From assembly GCA_964106915.2 (NCBI GenBank), contig OZ066922.1: DNA of 64,000 bases. One strand, 5' to 3'. Origin of the DNA: Podarcis gaigeae (Eukaryota). The translations under genes were made by a program, and so were the position numbers. This document shows positions 1 through 14,062 of this stretch, piece by piece. The notes beneath the pieces are model-generated. The model was not told the origin of the DNA and made no database searches. It saw only the letters and a list, made by a program, of their open reading frames with translations. How positions within the stretch are numbered: the first letter of the stretch is position 1; every line of letters starts with the position of its first letter.

Positions 1-818
1 GAAGGTGTGAAAGTCTTCCCACTCTCTCTCTCTCTCTGCAAACATCAAAGTCTTTCCCCAGCGATTTCTTCTTGCGATCTCAGAGAACCGACGGAGCAGC
101 ACGTCCATCCTTTTTTCCTAGCAGCAGGAAATGGCTTGGAGATTTCTTCTTTGATCCAGACCAGAGGCAAACGCTTGCTCCGAAGAGAAAGGAGGCTGGG
201 TGGAGGAAAAACACACACACAGCACCGATCTCATTCTGGTTTTTTCCCCTATGGTTTCCAGCTAGCAGCTGAAGATTGGCACATAGACACTTTTTTTAGA
301 AACAGAGGCTTCTAGTGCCTTATCTGAGGAGCCACACATACAGGAGGCTGTCATTGCTCAAGTAGGTAGGTGGGAAGTGGTAACTATTCAGTGACACAGG
401 GCATGCAAGCTTCACTTTCCCACCCAGTCCCTTGACTCCCAGGGACTACATAGGTAGAATTAGGTCCACAAGCACCCCCTTCCTCCTCCACGTGTTCCTT
501 CTTTATCTTGCAACTGCAAAACACTCCTGGGGCAATGTGTGTGCACATGTAAAAAAACCCTAGTCAATGGCATCAGCAAAACTAGTCGTTCACTTATGCG
601 AATGTTTCCACTGTTTTATACTCTGCAATGGGAAGAAACCAGGCAGGCACTCCAAACAGTGTTAGCAGCTGAGGGAGGAGAGAGGGGGTCTTATGCCAGG
701 TTGTTCCTACTTAGCCTGGTCAAATCTGTTCTGCAACTCTCACTCGTCTGAGAGATCAGACGTGATGCAATAGTGGTTTTTTTTTTTGTTGTTTTTTGGT
801 ATATCTAGTAAGGAAGGC

Positions 819-964
819 CAGTGGTGTAGTGTGGGGGGTGCAGGGGGGCCGGCCGCACCGGGCACAACATCTGGGGGTTAGGGTTAGGGGGCGCAAATCC
901 ACGGGTTAGGGGGCACAAATTACTTGCCTTGCCCCGGGTGCTGACAACCCACGCTACGCCACTG
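819..964. mobile_element. Non-autonomous hAT-type MITE
   Basis: TIRs cagtggYgtagYgtggg; 8-bp TSD aggaaggc at 811-818 and 965-972. Confidence 0.9.
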
Positions 965-1332
965 AGGAAGGCTAACCTTTTTGGTCCCAAGGGCCACGTT
1001 CACCCTTGGCCAACCCTGCAGGGGCAACCTGACACCACAGGGTGTGATCACAGATGCTTGCACCCACACACAACCCTGCTTCCCAGCTGATCCTTGCAGG
1101 TCAGCCAAGGAGGGAGGTTTATCAATTGGGCCCTGCTCTTCAAATGATTGATCTGATGACCAGTGTGGGGTTGAGTTGCATACCCATTGGGCTGGTGGGC
1201 TGGTCAAAGGTGTACACCTTTCCACTCACATCAGCACCATGTCTAATTTATTTTTTGCTTTTCAGCACTACTCCCAAAATCTGGGGTATTGGGGTGGGGT
1301 GGGGTGGGGTGGAAAAAAATGCTGGAATCAGG

Positions 1333-1827
1333 TGTGACGTTAACATATGAGAGTGCTGGAGGTGAAATGGTTAAACAAGTTACCCAATCAGAACCCAGGG
1401 GGTGGAGTCAGAGGGACTATAAAACCAGCTATGGGAGGGGCAAAGGGAGAAGTTCGTTGGGAGTTGGGTGGTTGCTTGGTGTGGGAGTGAATTGGGATAG
1501 AGTGTGGGTAGGTTGAGTTAGTGTAGCGAAATAAGCTGAGTCAGGAACAGTAGGGGCTAGGAAGACAAGTAAATATCTGAGAGATGATTTAGTGAGAGAG
1601 CAGGTAGCAGAAGTTATAGGTCTGGATAGGCACCCCATGATTGCAATTGATCGATACCGTTTATGAAACCACACGCTTGTTAAACTGTAATAAATAAACA
1701 GAAGTTTAACCTTGACTGGACTCAGTATTGTACCAGGTAGGGCCTGGGTGGTGGCAGCGAGAAATAAAGTGGTGGCACAGGGATCAATAGACGGTGAAAC
1801 GTCTGGGGACCCTGTGTGATCGCCACA
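1333..1827 (+). mobile_element. Solo LTR
   Basis: TGTG...CACA termini, 5-bp TSD tcagg/ttagg (one mismatch), internal TATAAAA (about 1418) and AATAAA (about 1689). Confidence 0.75.
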
Positions 1828-4800
1828 TTAGGTATCCTGGGTTAGCGCCACCACTTGGTCTAATAAAAGGTAGAACCTAATGTCACTGTGCATCTGTCCA
1901 TGGGGCTAACATGGTATGGCTGCAACAGTCTATACTGCATCTCAATAAGTGGGCCAAGGAACATTGTATCATTGCTCCTCTCTGAACAGTTATGAGACAG
2001 CATGGGTGTGAGATGGGCCCATAACAGTTCCCACTGAAGTTACTGGAGGAGTGAGATTAGAAGCAACTACTGCAGAAGAGCCAGGGCCAACCTAAGACAG
2101 CTGGATCACACATTTCAATACTGTCTAAAAATTATTTGCCAGGTGTGGCCCTAACATTCCTCAAAATGAATCTCCCCCCCCCCCCTGTGCTCCTGGAGTC
2201 CATTGGTGTTCATCCCACTGTCTGAACCAAACAATGATAGAACACAGAAATTAAAATGATTTTGAAGTCTTATTAGAGACAACCATTAACAAGTGGCAAC
2301 AGGCACTGATGCTGGGCAGTGGGTTAACTTAAGGGGTGCAAGACAAGGCACTCCATGGTGTATTCAGCTCTGTCCTATAGTACTTTGCCACTGTGCACCA
2401 CCCCTCAGCTTCTGCTCCTGAGACACGCTAATGGCAGGGCCAGCCTTGAGCAGAGCAGGGACAATTTTGTTCAGTCAAATGCAGTTGGTGCCATAGTTAT
2501 TTTGATGACACAACGATCATTCCAAAGAGTGTCTGGGAGTCTCAGGCACAGTCTGCAGAGAATTAGAGAGATCGTGATCTCCATTTTTCTTTTGGCACCA
2601 TATTTTGACAGGGCAGATACAAGGAATGTTTTTTCTGCCGGGATAAACAATGGGAAGAGCATGTAAGTGAAGCTCCAAATCTTTCTCTTCCCAGAGACCC
2701 TAAAGACTCCCTCCACTGAGGGGACAAAAGAACAGAGAGGAAAGAGACCAGATCTCAACCATCATCTGCACTAAGCCTGACAAGGTTAGGCAGCTCTTTT
2801 GCTGACATGCTCACATGGATGGTTTCTTTGGCTTCTTGTTTTTCTTCTACAGCACCAGCCTACTCATTCTGTTTGCTCAACAGAATTTGGCTCTGAATAG
2901 CACAGCTCCAGTGAGGGGCGGGAAGGAAGAGAGAACTAAGCTAGAGACAAAAGAAGTTAAAGACTAGTTGTTCCCACCCCTTCACTCCCCCTACCTTTGT
3001 TTTACTCAAACATGGCTGTTTAACTTAAGATAATTGATTGTGTTCTTTGCTTGTTTCACTGTGGTTGCTGTTGCAGTCTCAGTATATTTTCTTTGCTGTT
3101 GTTATTGTTGTCGTTGCTTTCTTTGGCTTTTAATGTAAAATGCTGGTTTCTTCCTCCCTTTCCCCCAGCAATCCTCCAAAGAAGTTAAATATGGCATACA
3201 TATTTTTCCTGGAAACAAGTTTCATTTTCTTCTATAGTCCTGGGGTTTGACTCTTCTGGCAGTGAGGCTGCCTTTGGCCCTTAGGCAGACTTAGCATCTC
3301 TACTTTGGAATGAGGTCATGGAGCCAAAAGCTTTATGTTATTGCCGTGGCTTTCAGTGTGCACACATGTGTGCATGTGTGGAGTTTGTGCAAGTGGAAGT
3401 TTGGGGATCGTGCTTAAAAAGGGGGGCCCTCATTTACTTCCCATAACCATTTTGCCTTATGTAACTGGCAAGCTGTAAAAATATATTGGTAAAATACAAT
3501 GATACTTTGTACTTTTATTATATTGTTTGGCACTCCCTGTTCCCTGCGTGATAGGAAGTTCCAAGAACCTGTGAAGAGTCAATTACCTTTAAAGCAGCAA
3601 GAGAGTTAAATTTACTGGAGGCTTGTTGTGTTTTTGTAAGTGTTTGTTTATCTAGCAATATGCTGGTTGAGCAGATGGGAAGCAAACAGGCATACAGGCA
3701 AAAGTTTTGCAGATTGCAAAGCACAATCAGTTCCTATGATCCTAAAAAGCCAGCCTGGTCTAAGCTTGTGTTTTTTTATTCCTACTCTGGCCACACTAAA
3801 TACTGGAGTAGAGTCATCTGTGGCTTCAGGTGCCTTCTACAATGGGTTTTAAGATAACCTCCGGTCATCTTCGATCAAAATCGGCCTAATAGACCATTAA
3901 AGATATGTTTAACATCCACCATCCACTAGCAAACTTGGTATGCAAGAAGAAGCATCAGGTTGTTCAACTTTCTCACAAATCTGAGTGTTTACTTCTGTGT
4001 GTTTTAACACTTACTAACACTTAGAGCTTTATTGAGTGCCTTGACATTTTGAGTCACCTGTTCTGTATAATTGTAAAAGAAGGTTATTTAACCAGTTAAT
4101 TAAGAGGCAAGAAGAAAGATAGACAAGGCCCTTGGGTACAAGTAATGTGTTTGGAGCAGGGATTCTTAATATTGTTTCACTGTAAGAAAAACACAGTTTG
4201 GGCCTCTGAACATGTCACAGAATGAAGATGGACCACTTGATTGATAATGTCCCCAGCCCAGGGCCATGAAGATCAAAGGAGAAAAGGGGGAGATCTAGTG
4301 GAGGCCACTGCTAACTTCACTTAAAATACCCCAAGGAAGGAATCACAAAAAGCAAGAAGTCCATGACAAATAAGATATTGTCAGTGTTTGGCACTTGGCA
4401 CTGTCAATAATTTCATTGTGTATGCAGGTCCCGAAAATATATATTAAAATATGAGTTGAGAAGGATGACCAGGGCAGAGCTTGTGCTGCTTCTCTGAATC
4501 TAAATACTGTTCTTGTGTTTAATTTTGTATAAACATCTTCGTTTGGGACATCTGGAGGGCTTATATGAACTTACAAGTTTAATGTAAGATTCATGTGTTG
4601 ATGATCACTATATCTGCAATGTGAACTGATGGTGACCTACCATCAATAGTATTATTTATCATTTTTTCCCCCTTCTCTCTTTTTGTTCATTAATTTCATT
4701 TCATCTTTTTTCTTTTGCTTCCTGTTAAATTTGCAAATAAAAATTAATTTGTAAAAATTCAAAGTTTTGTTTTGCCCTTATGGCCAAACAAATAAAAAAT

Positions 4801-6468
4801 AGTACTTAAGGTAACTATGACTGAAATATTCAGCTTTTGAGAACTTCAAGTTTTGAAGACCAGATCTAAAGCCAGTTCTCCATACATCATCATAGTCACA
4901 TGCACATCAATAATAATAATAAAAGAAATAGAAATAAAAGGAATAAAATAATTACTTGACCTCAGTATGGGCATGTTTTAAGTTGGGAGAGGATTTAAAG
5001 TGCAATCCTAGCCATGTTTTCTCTAAGTCCCACAGAGCTTCTTGGGGCTTGCTCCTAAGTGATTGGGCATAGGACTATCATCTTAGAGTATAATTGTTGG
5101 AGGCAGAGAAATATGAAGTTAGTTCTACCACTTGATTCAAAGTTCTGAAAGGCTGAAACTGGTAAGGGAGAAGTGCAAGTGGATGAACGCTCTTGTGTTC
5201 CTTCATCCATTTCCCATTTAGTATTTTACTATCTCATCGGACAATAATAAAAGTGTGTCTACCTTTCCCACAGTTTGGGGCACATTGGGGAACCAAAATG
5301 GCTTTGGATCTAAACTGCTTCCTGGCTCAACCCTGGCATGTCCCCAGCATGCCCACTGCTTAAAGCACTGGAGGAGTCCTTGGCAATGGAAAGGGAGGCT
5401 CTGACATTGGCTCTCTCTATCCAGTGTCATTGGGGCAAATATAGTCCTATGGTCCTGGAATGCCCTCCCACACACCATAGGATTGCACCTTAAGTCATAA
5501 TCATAGCAAGGAAGCCATGAAGCACAGTTTTTCATCCGCAGAGTTGAATGGAAGTTACCAGCCATGTTCAGTGGTCTACCTGGTGCTCATAACTTTTGTT
5601 TCTTGCAGTCTGAAAGCTGGCAATAATAAAGATTTGTACTCACAAAAACTTGGCCACCCAGTGATCTTCATAACCTCAGGAGGGATTTGAATCTAGGTTT
5701 CCCCAGTCCTAGTCAAACACCCTTGGCTTGACTTATACAGACCTTGTTTGAGCATTGTATCACAATGAATGAGGAGTCAATTTTCCAGGCCTCATTGTAG
5801 TAGATTTCAGAAGCTCTGAGTCCGGCTTTATTTGGGAGGCTGTGCAGAGCGCTCAGAAAGCTCTTCCACCATTTGCATGCTCAATCCACTCTGACAATTT
5901 GGTTGTGCATATCAGCCCAACCTATGGCCACTAAGAGGGAAGTTCTAAGCTGCTTTTCTTCTGGCAGCAAAAAGGAACCACCACATTTCCCTGATTTCTG
6001 ACATGGAGAAAATTTCTAAACCGGCCTTGGCAGGCAGAGTTCAGCAGTTTGTACTATTTGAGTAGGGCTTACAAGTTGAATAGACATATCTCTTGAATGA
6101 CACCAAGAACACAACTGACAGAATGGCTTCTACCATAGGTGCCAATTCCCTGGGGCCCTGAGCACCCACAAAATTCCCCATGAAGGGGCCAGGCACCCAC
6201 AAATTTCAGTACCAGGACCATGCATGCTGCATAGCATCCACAATCCAGGGCACCCATGGCCGCCAGGCCAAGTTGGCACTCCTGGCTTCTATAAAGGGGA
6301 AACTGAATTACCCTGACAAGCAGCAGGGCTCAGCTGATCATTCATGTGTTGGGGAGGAGAGAGAGAAATGATGTGCATCTGTGTGCCTGTTCATTACTAC
6401 TGAACGATGTGCTGCTGAGTGGCCTGTTGGGGAGAGAACATTTTGACTAGTTTCTGATAGTCCCTATA

Positions 6469-8930
6469 AAGTAAAGGTAAAGGGACCCCTGACCATTAGG
6501 TACAGTCATAGCCAACTCTGGGGTTGCGGCGCTCATCTCGCTTTACTGGCCGAGGGAGCCGGCGTACACCTTTGGGGTCATGTGGCCAGCATGACTAAGC
6601 CGCTTCTGGCGAACCAGAGCAGTGCTCAGAAATGCCGTTTACCTTCCCGCCAGAGCGGTACCTACTTATCTACTTGCACTTTGATGTGCTTTCGAACTGC
6701 TAGGTTGGCAGGAGCTGGGACAGAGCAACAGGAGCTCACTCCGTCGCAAGGATTCAAACCGCTGACCTTCTGATCGGCAACTCCTAGGCTCTGTGGTTTA
6801 TTTTTTTTTTAATAAAATTTTTATTAGGGTTTTTTACAGAATAAAGTACAAAGACAATAAACAACCTTACTTTTATCTCAACAAAGTTTCATAACTTCTT
6901 TGGACTTCCTCGCATCTCCCACTGCCATTTTCATCATCATAAATTTTTCCAAGCAATTTATCATCTAGTTTGCAAATTTTATAACTGCTTATTTAAATAT
7001 AGTCCTCTGAAAATTTGTTTCTCTTAGCCTCGCTTTACATCCCATTCCAATCCGTTTTTGTGATGGCCAATTATTTATGATCAAACATCCTACTTAACTT
7101 TCCACCAAATCACAATATTTTTGTAAATAAGTCTTAAATTTCCTCCAATCTTCTTCAACCCTCTCTTCTCCCAGGTCTCGAATTCTGCCAGTCATCTCTG
7201 CCAGTTGCATATAGTCCATCAGCTGCATCTGCCATTCTTCCAGCGTGGGTAGATCTTGAGTTTTCCACTTCTTAGCGATAAGTATCCTTGCTGCTGCTGT
7301 TGCGTACAAAAAGAATGTTCGATCCTTCTTTGGCACCATCTGGCCGACAATGCCCAAGAGGAAGGCCTCTGGTTTCTTAAGGAAGGTATACTTAAATACC
7401 TTTTTCAGCTCATTATATATCATTTCCCAGAAGGCCTTCACCCTGGGACAAGTCCACCAGAGGTGAAAGAATGTTCCTTCATTTTCCTTACATTTCCAAC
7501 ATTTATTGTCTGGCACATGGCATATTTTGGCAAGGGACACGACAAGGCTGCCCGATTTCCCCCTTGCTGTTTATTTCTGTCCTGGAGGTGCTCTTGAACT
7601 TGATTAGAGGGGACCGGTTGGTGCAAGGGATTCAGATCGGAGCGAAACAATATAAGCTTAAAGCTTTCGCAGATGACCTTGTCTTGACATTGCAAGAGCC
7701 AGAATCTAGCACAAAAAGAGTGTTACAATTGATTCAGGACTTTGGTCGGGTGGCGGGTTTCAAACTAAATAAACAGAAAACTAAGGTGTTGGGAAAAAAC
7801 TTGACAGATACAGAGTTGGAACGGTTTCAGAGAGAAACAGAATTAAATTTGGTAAAAAGGGTGAAGTACCTAGGGGTAAATATAACAGCAAAAAATTTAT
7901 GTCTCTTTAAGGATAACTATGATAAATGTTGGTCTGAAATTAAGAGAGACTTGGACAGCTGGACAAATTTGAAGCTCTCTTTGTTAGGCCGAATTGCTGC
8001 TATCAAGATGAATGTATTGCCAAAGATGTTGTTTTTGTTTCAAACATTGCAGATTGTAGACAAAACGGAGTGTTTCCGGAAGTGGCAGAGAGATATTTCT
8101 AAATTTGTCTGGCAGGGCAAAAAGCCCAGAATTAAGTTCAAGATACTAACTGACGCGAAAGAAAGAGGGGGCTTTGCCCTGCCAGACTTAAGGTTGTACT
8201 ATGAAGCCGCAGCTTTCTGCTGGCTAAAAGACTGGCTACTTCTAGAAGACACTGATGTCTTAGATTTAGAAGGTTTTAACAATGCATTTGGTTGGCATGC
8301 ATATTTATGGTATGATAAAGTTAAGATCAATAAGGCCTTTAAGAATCATATTGTCAGGAAAGCAGTGTTTAATGTCTGGACAAAATACAAAGACCTATTG
8401 GAAAATAAAACTCCAAGATGGCTATCACCTCTGGAGGCCAAGGCCCGAAAAAGACCCAATATGGAGGCCAAATGGCCGAAATATTGGGAAATAATAGAGA
8501 AAGAGGGCAATAATTGGAAATTGCAGAGTTTGGAAAAAATGAAAGATAAAGTGCGAGACTGGTTACACTACGCTCAGATCCAAGAAATTTTTAGAAATGA
8601 TAAAAAGTTAGGATTCCAGGTGGAGAAATCGAAGTTGGAAACAGAATTGTTAGAACCTAAGACTAAAGTACTCTCAAAAATGTATAACTTGCTGTTGAAA
8701 TGGAATACACAAGATGAAATGGTTAAGTCGGCCATGATAAAGTGGGCACAGGATATTGGGCATAATATTATGTTCGAGGATTGGGAAAGGTTGTGGACCA
8801 CGGGGATGAACTTCACGGCATGTAATGCTCTGAAGGAAAATGTAATGAAAATGATATATAGGTGGTACATGACCCCAGTTAATCTTGCTAGGCTCTGTGG
8901 TTTAACCCACAGCGCCACCCGCGTCCCCCA
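6469..8930 (-). mobile_element. Sauria SINE split by the L1 insertion
   Basis: Tail gtaaaggtaaagggacccctgacc at 6470, head ccacccgcgtccc at about 8915-8927, own TSD atagtccctata at 6457-6468 and 8931-8942. Confidence 0.9.
6801..8887 (-). mobile_element. L1-clade LINE, 5'-truncated and 5'-inverted
   Basis: Minus part 6801-7534: poly-A, 3'UTR and ORF2 C-terminus with a CCHC knuckle (CWKC...HLWWTC), stop at 7094. Plus part 7530-8887: uninterrupted RT region (GTRQGCPISP, FADD, YLGVNI). TSD ctaggctctgtggttta at 6784-6800 and 8888-8904. Confidence 0.95.
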
Positions 8931-9851
8931 ATAGTCCCTATAGACTGCTACAAAAGTAAGCAAAAGCAATAATATGTGTTTGCTAGGTTTATTTCTATGT
9001 TTGCCCAGTTTTAGAATGCCCTACGTCACATTCCCCAAGTGTAACTAATTCTTGTTGCCAACACAAATGAACTCCTCCTGTCAAATTTGTGGAGCTGAGC
9101 AAGGGAACGTGAGAATGGCAACTTTCTCCCCAAATACTAATTAATTCCAGATCCTGTTGTTTTGTGGAATCACCATCTCTAGCCTAGAAAGGGCCATGCT
9201 TTCAGTGTTAACTTGTTAATTATGCTTAAGTCAGGGCCCGGCAGGAAATCTGTGGCAGAGGTGAAGTTTAGGCCAGAGAGTTAAATGTTCTGCAAATGCA
9301 TCAGATGGAAAGATGTGGGCCAGCACACAGCACATGTCTAGCAATAACAGCCAAATAATGTCCCCCAAGGTAAACAGAGAGGTATTGGATACGAAAGCCC
9401 TCCAGGTGGTTTTGCGCATGGGGCATTAAATCCTAATGACCTGAGATGGATTGTTAGTCAACTACAGGATTATTAATATCCTTTGTGCTGCAAGGATTTC
9501 CAAATGTCACTGCGCAAACATCTGTTAGACGATGGAGGGCAGGGGGAGGGAGGAGAGACTTCCTCTGCAGACTGCGCTGCTGGCTATATAATATTGCACA
9601 ATGTGGGCTGGGTTTAGCTGTTGTTGAAATAGTTTGGTTTGCTATGGCGCTGGTTTCCAGCAACGTCAAAAAGGCTTGTCTGCAATTTCATTAAACACAC
9701 ACGCACACACACACACACACACATGCAGCAGTACTTCCATCCCCACCACAGCAGCATCCCATTGCCTTAGTAGCGTGCAAGAGTTAATAATAAGAAAAAT
9801 GATGCAGAGTGTAAGTCACAGAGCAGTACAGTTCCCCAGTGGCCTTTAGCA

Positions 9852-9870
9852 GAGCCACTAGGGGGCACTC
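9852..9870 (+). promoter_or_regulatory. CTCF motif
   Basis: gagCCACTAGGGGGCACtc is a near-perfect match to the CTCF core consensus. Confidence 0.7.
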
Positions 9871-12800
9871 GAGTCCAGGAGAGCACAACAAAATTAGTTC
9901 AAGACAGCTTGGCAGGAGTCCAAGGAAAATCAGTTGAATTGTGGATGAGGTATTCAGATTTCACCTCTGGACGAAACTACACGCCCCACTCGGGGTAAAT
10001 GGAGTATTTGTGTGTGCACCACTTCTGTTAACTTTATACAATGAACAAGATTTGACTCTTTCTTATTAAAAAAAATCACTCAAACATCCCTACAATGGAA
10101 AACTTCTCTCATCTCCAGCCAATTCCATTTTATGAACATGTTCTATTTACTGTCCCAAAGAACACTGTTGGTTTTAGCTAACCTCTGTTATGAAAGTATT
10201 GTGAATAGGACAATGTCTCTGGGGAGAACTAGAAACAATTACTTCCAAATGTGGCCTTGTCTTTCCCAGTCTGACCTAGCAGACCATTATAGAGCTTATT
10301 GTGCTTTTTTATTTTTTAAAAATGCCCTGTAAAGTCGAATAACAAGGAGTTGCTTGCACATATATAACTAAAGAACAAGCCTGCGTAGCATATGATGTGT
10401 CAACCCAAATGCATCCCAGCAGAGGTTTGATAAACTTCATTGTTTTGATGCTATGGACTGCAAACACTGGAGAGGGCAAAGAGACAAAAAGGATAATCAA
10501 GCAACCAAAATACATTGTGGATGTGCTCTATCTGCCTTGATGCATCATAGGTTGTTCAGTGTCCTACATAAGACTATGGGAACTTGCATCGTATTGCTGC
10601 TGGATTAAAAGGAAAATATCTGGTTCATAAACTCTAATTAATACAAATAAATGCAACAGTGACCTTATTTTAAACCATTTCCATGTAGAATGGCAGAAAC
10701 GGTGCTGTTGTTATGAATGTAACTGTCATATAACACCAGACATGTCACAGGAATAGAATTGTGCTTGTGCAAAATATAAGTGGACAAATCCAATAGATAC
10801 AAGCTATTGTAAATATGAGGTCCTACAACCCATTTACACCTGTTGGTGTCTTTTAATTGCTCTTTGCCCTGTATGGTCACTGTTTCTAAAAAGCCTCTTA
10901 AGTTCTTTTCCATGTGTTACTCTTTTTTTTCTTTTTCTTTTCTTTTTTTTGGTTTTCATTTCAGTCTACCCAATATTGACATAGAAAGAAGAAAGTTTAA
11001 AAGAACTTGCTCTGTTATGTCCTGTACTCTGGCAGACCCACTGCCTAGCCTAGCTTTGAGAATAGTAACATCAGTTTAAGCAATTTTTGATTGCTCCAAC
11101 AGAAATAAATGCTTTAGGGCAGGAAATGTTAAGGGTTTGCGCCAGCTGCAAGTTTTGCCTTGTATATGTGTCTGTTGTGTTGGGAAGGAACCTGTTATTT
11201 GGGTACCGATCGATTCTGTTAAAACTGAAACCATGGGGAATCTAAAAATGGTTACATGCATTTTCTTTCCACAGAAGTGGATGGAATTTGCAGGCAAAGG
11301 AGTCCCAGCATCCCAGCGTCACAAGGAGGCTCAGGGCTGGCAGGACAGCATGAGAAGGACACAAGAGCCATGAAACTTTCAATCCCAGTCTCACCTTTGC
11401 TTTGCAGGGCTGGGACCAAAAGTGCATGGCTGTTGTGTCCTCCTCATGCCACCCTGTCAGCCCCAAACCACTTTGCAAGGCTGGGATGATGCAAGGCCTG
11501 TATCAGCTGGCCGGGCTCCCCCCTGTGCTATTTCACTTTCTGAAAAAAGAAGGCTGTAGTTAATAGATCCTGAGATGTGTTGGGATTCAAGGAGCACCGG
11601 GAAACAGCTAGCATATAGGAAGGAATAATTCCTTTTGAAATGAACATGATGGTTCTGTAAGAACACGAGTGCGTGTGAGTTTCGCAGCTGGAATCGCTCA
11701 GAAAAGACTTTTAATCACCAAATATACTAAATCTGGAATTGTCAACAGACACACCCACGAAAGGACCAAACTGTGTCAATTAGAAAAGAGCTGTGTGACA
11801 ACAATCAAACATAAGTAAGGCACATCTTAAGTTATGCGCACAAATGTGTTAAAACGTTCTGCATTTATTTTTATTTTTGCATTAATAAAGTAAAATCTAA
11901 GAAGAGACCCGCTGGATCAGGCCAAAGACCCACCTAGTTCAGCATCCTAGTCTCACGATGGCTAACAATATGCCTATAAGAAGCCCATAAGCAAGACGTG
12001 AGTGCAATAGCACCCTTCTCTCTTGTGATTCACAACAACGGATATTCAGAAACCTCTGGTTACTGGAGGTCGTACATTGCCATTGCATTCAGAAAGTAAT
12101 TATGGGAAAGCCCAAAACTTTGCTGTCTCATTACACCCTGATTCTAAACATATTTGCTTAGAAGCAAGTCCTATTGATTTGGGGGGTGAATGTACTTCCT
12201 CGTAGGGAGCTCAGGATTACTGTTAGTCACACTGACCTTTTCAGTAAAATAGATGATTCAGTTCAGCATCATTTGTACCCCTTGTACAACCTGAATGGTC
12301 TTGATTAACGCAATCAAGAAGAGAACACTGTAAGCATCCTGTTTCTAGCTGGCTGACGATATCAGCTGTGGCAAGGTCTGACACTGGGAGAAAATGCCTC
12401 TCATTTATGAAGTTCAGCCTCCCCTAATCGGGGGGGGGGGGGGTTGGGTGTAAAAAAGTAAGGAAATTGCAGAGATGCTTAAATGATTTCTGTCTTTGCT
12501 GCCCTTGTCAAACCATTGTTTTAGGGCAATGCTTGTTAAGAACTGTATCAGACAGAGGTGTCCCAGGATGAAGTTTTAGTTGGTAGAATAAATATTTCAA
12601 AATGTTGAAAGTAGCATGTTGTTGGTGCCAGACAAGACCAGCCCACCCATGTGGCAAGGTGAAGCAGGCGGCAGGATCCACAGGGGCAGCAGATTCCGGT
12701 GTAGGATCTTTATCCCCCTCCCCTTGTTCCTGACTTAGATCTTTACTCATCCCTTCTTCCCTGGTGGGGGGGGGCATTTTGTCATTTGCCTCAGGTGCCA

Positions 12801-13529
12801 AAATGTCTCAGGCCCCCTTGTGTCATATAGCATTCCCTCGAAAGTTCAGAAACAATACATAGCTGAAATGGTTACATATTAAAATATGTGACATATCCCT
12901 AAAATCAGCCTCCTTGCCAGAGGATTAGAAGGTAATCAACATAAATGAAATTTAACAAATGCAAAAATAAATCAAGGGAGCTAAGACAAATGTCCAAAAT
13001 AATCATTTGGAATTATTATTCAATTTGTATACAGAGTGGTTATGCAGAATGGGTTTGTTTTGTTGCATTTTGGAATGACATAGATGTTATATGTCCATCT
13101 GTATGCTGCTCTTTTCTTTATTAAGAAATGTGGTGGCCTTTTAAAATTAATAATTTTAACCTGAAGAAGTTATGAGCTTTTTATATTTTATAGCTGGGTG
13201 GGTGTTTAAACATTTGTAGTGTCCCCTGTTTTGGGAAGGGGAGAGTTTCTATGTCCTGCCCTTTTTTTGCCATTTTTTAGGTTTCTGGGTTCACTAGACT
13301 GCTGTAGCACTGTAGTTTTGTAGAATAGATTTTCTAAGCTGTTTTGATGAAGCCTGTCACTTAAGACTTCTGAGAATAGCTAGTTTGCTCACTCTAGGCA
13401 CACATACACATTTCGAGGAGAAAACAGTTCGGGAAGAACTGTAGCCAGAATTTTTTTAAGATGTTGTGGTATGTATTCAGTACAAAATATCAAATGGTCG
13501 AAGTGGGTATGTGTATATGCCATATAATA

Positions 13530-14062
13530 TACCGTATTTTTAACTCTATAAGACACACTTTTTCCCTCCTAAAAAGTAAGGGAAAATGTGTGTGCGTCTT
13601 ATAGAGCGAATGCAGGCTGAGCATCTAAGCCAGAACAGCGAGAGGGATCGCTGCACAGCACTCCCTCTTGCTGTCCTAGCTTCTGGCTTAGCCGCGCGAA
13701 GCCTTTTCAGGGCACGGGGAGCCTTCAGGGCACAGGGCTGCCCTCTGTCCTTTCCCCCACCTCCTGCAAAAGCCAGCAAGAGCCGCATGGAGCATGTGTG
13801 GGCTCTTGGGGGCTTTCCCCCGAGGATGGAGAAGGGCAGCCCATCAGTGAGGGCTGCCCTTCTCCCTCCTTGGGGAAAAGCCTGCAAGCGCCGCACACAT
13901 GCTTCTCGCGGCTCATGAAAGGGAGTGTTGAGCAGAGCCTGGGATGCATACAGGCTCTGCTCAGCGCTCCCTTTAAATAATTTTTTCCCCTCTTGCATTC
14001 GCCCTCTAAAAACTAGGTGCGTCTTATGGTCAGGTGCATCTTATGGAGCGAAAAATGCAGTA
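13530..14062. mobile_element. Tc1/mariner (pogo/Tigger-like) non-autonomous element
   Basis: TA-flanked TIRs ccgtatttt...aaaaatgcag with repeated gcgtcttat subterminal motifs. Confidence 0.75.

Noticed and set aside
870-915. TTAGGG units suggesting an interstitial telomere
   Set aside because: They are internal to a hAT MITE and recur in its second copy at 18035-18181.
7471-8934. 487-aa plus-strand ORF as a host gene
   Set aside because: It is the inverted internal piece of L1 ORF2. Its N-terminus is antisense L1 and its C-terminus runs into SINE sequence, and it lacks the endonuclease and early RT motifs.
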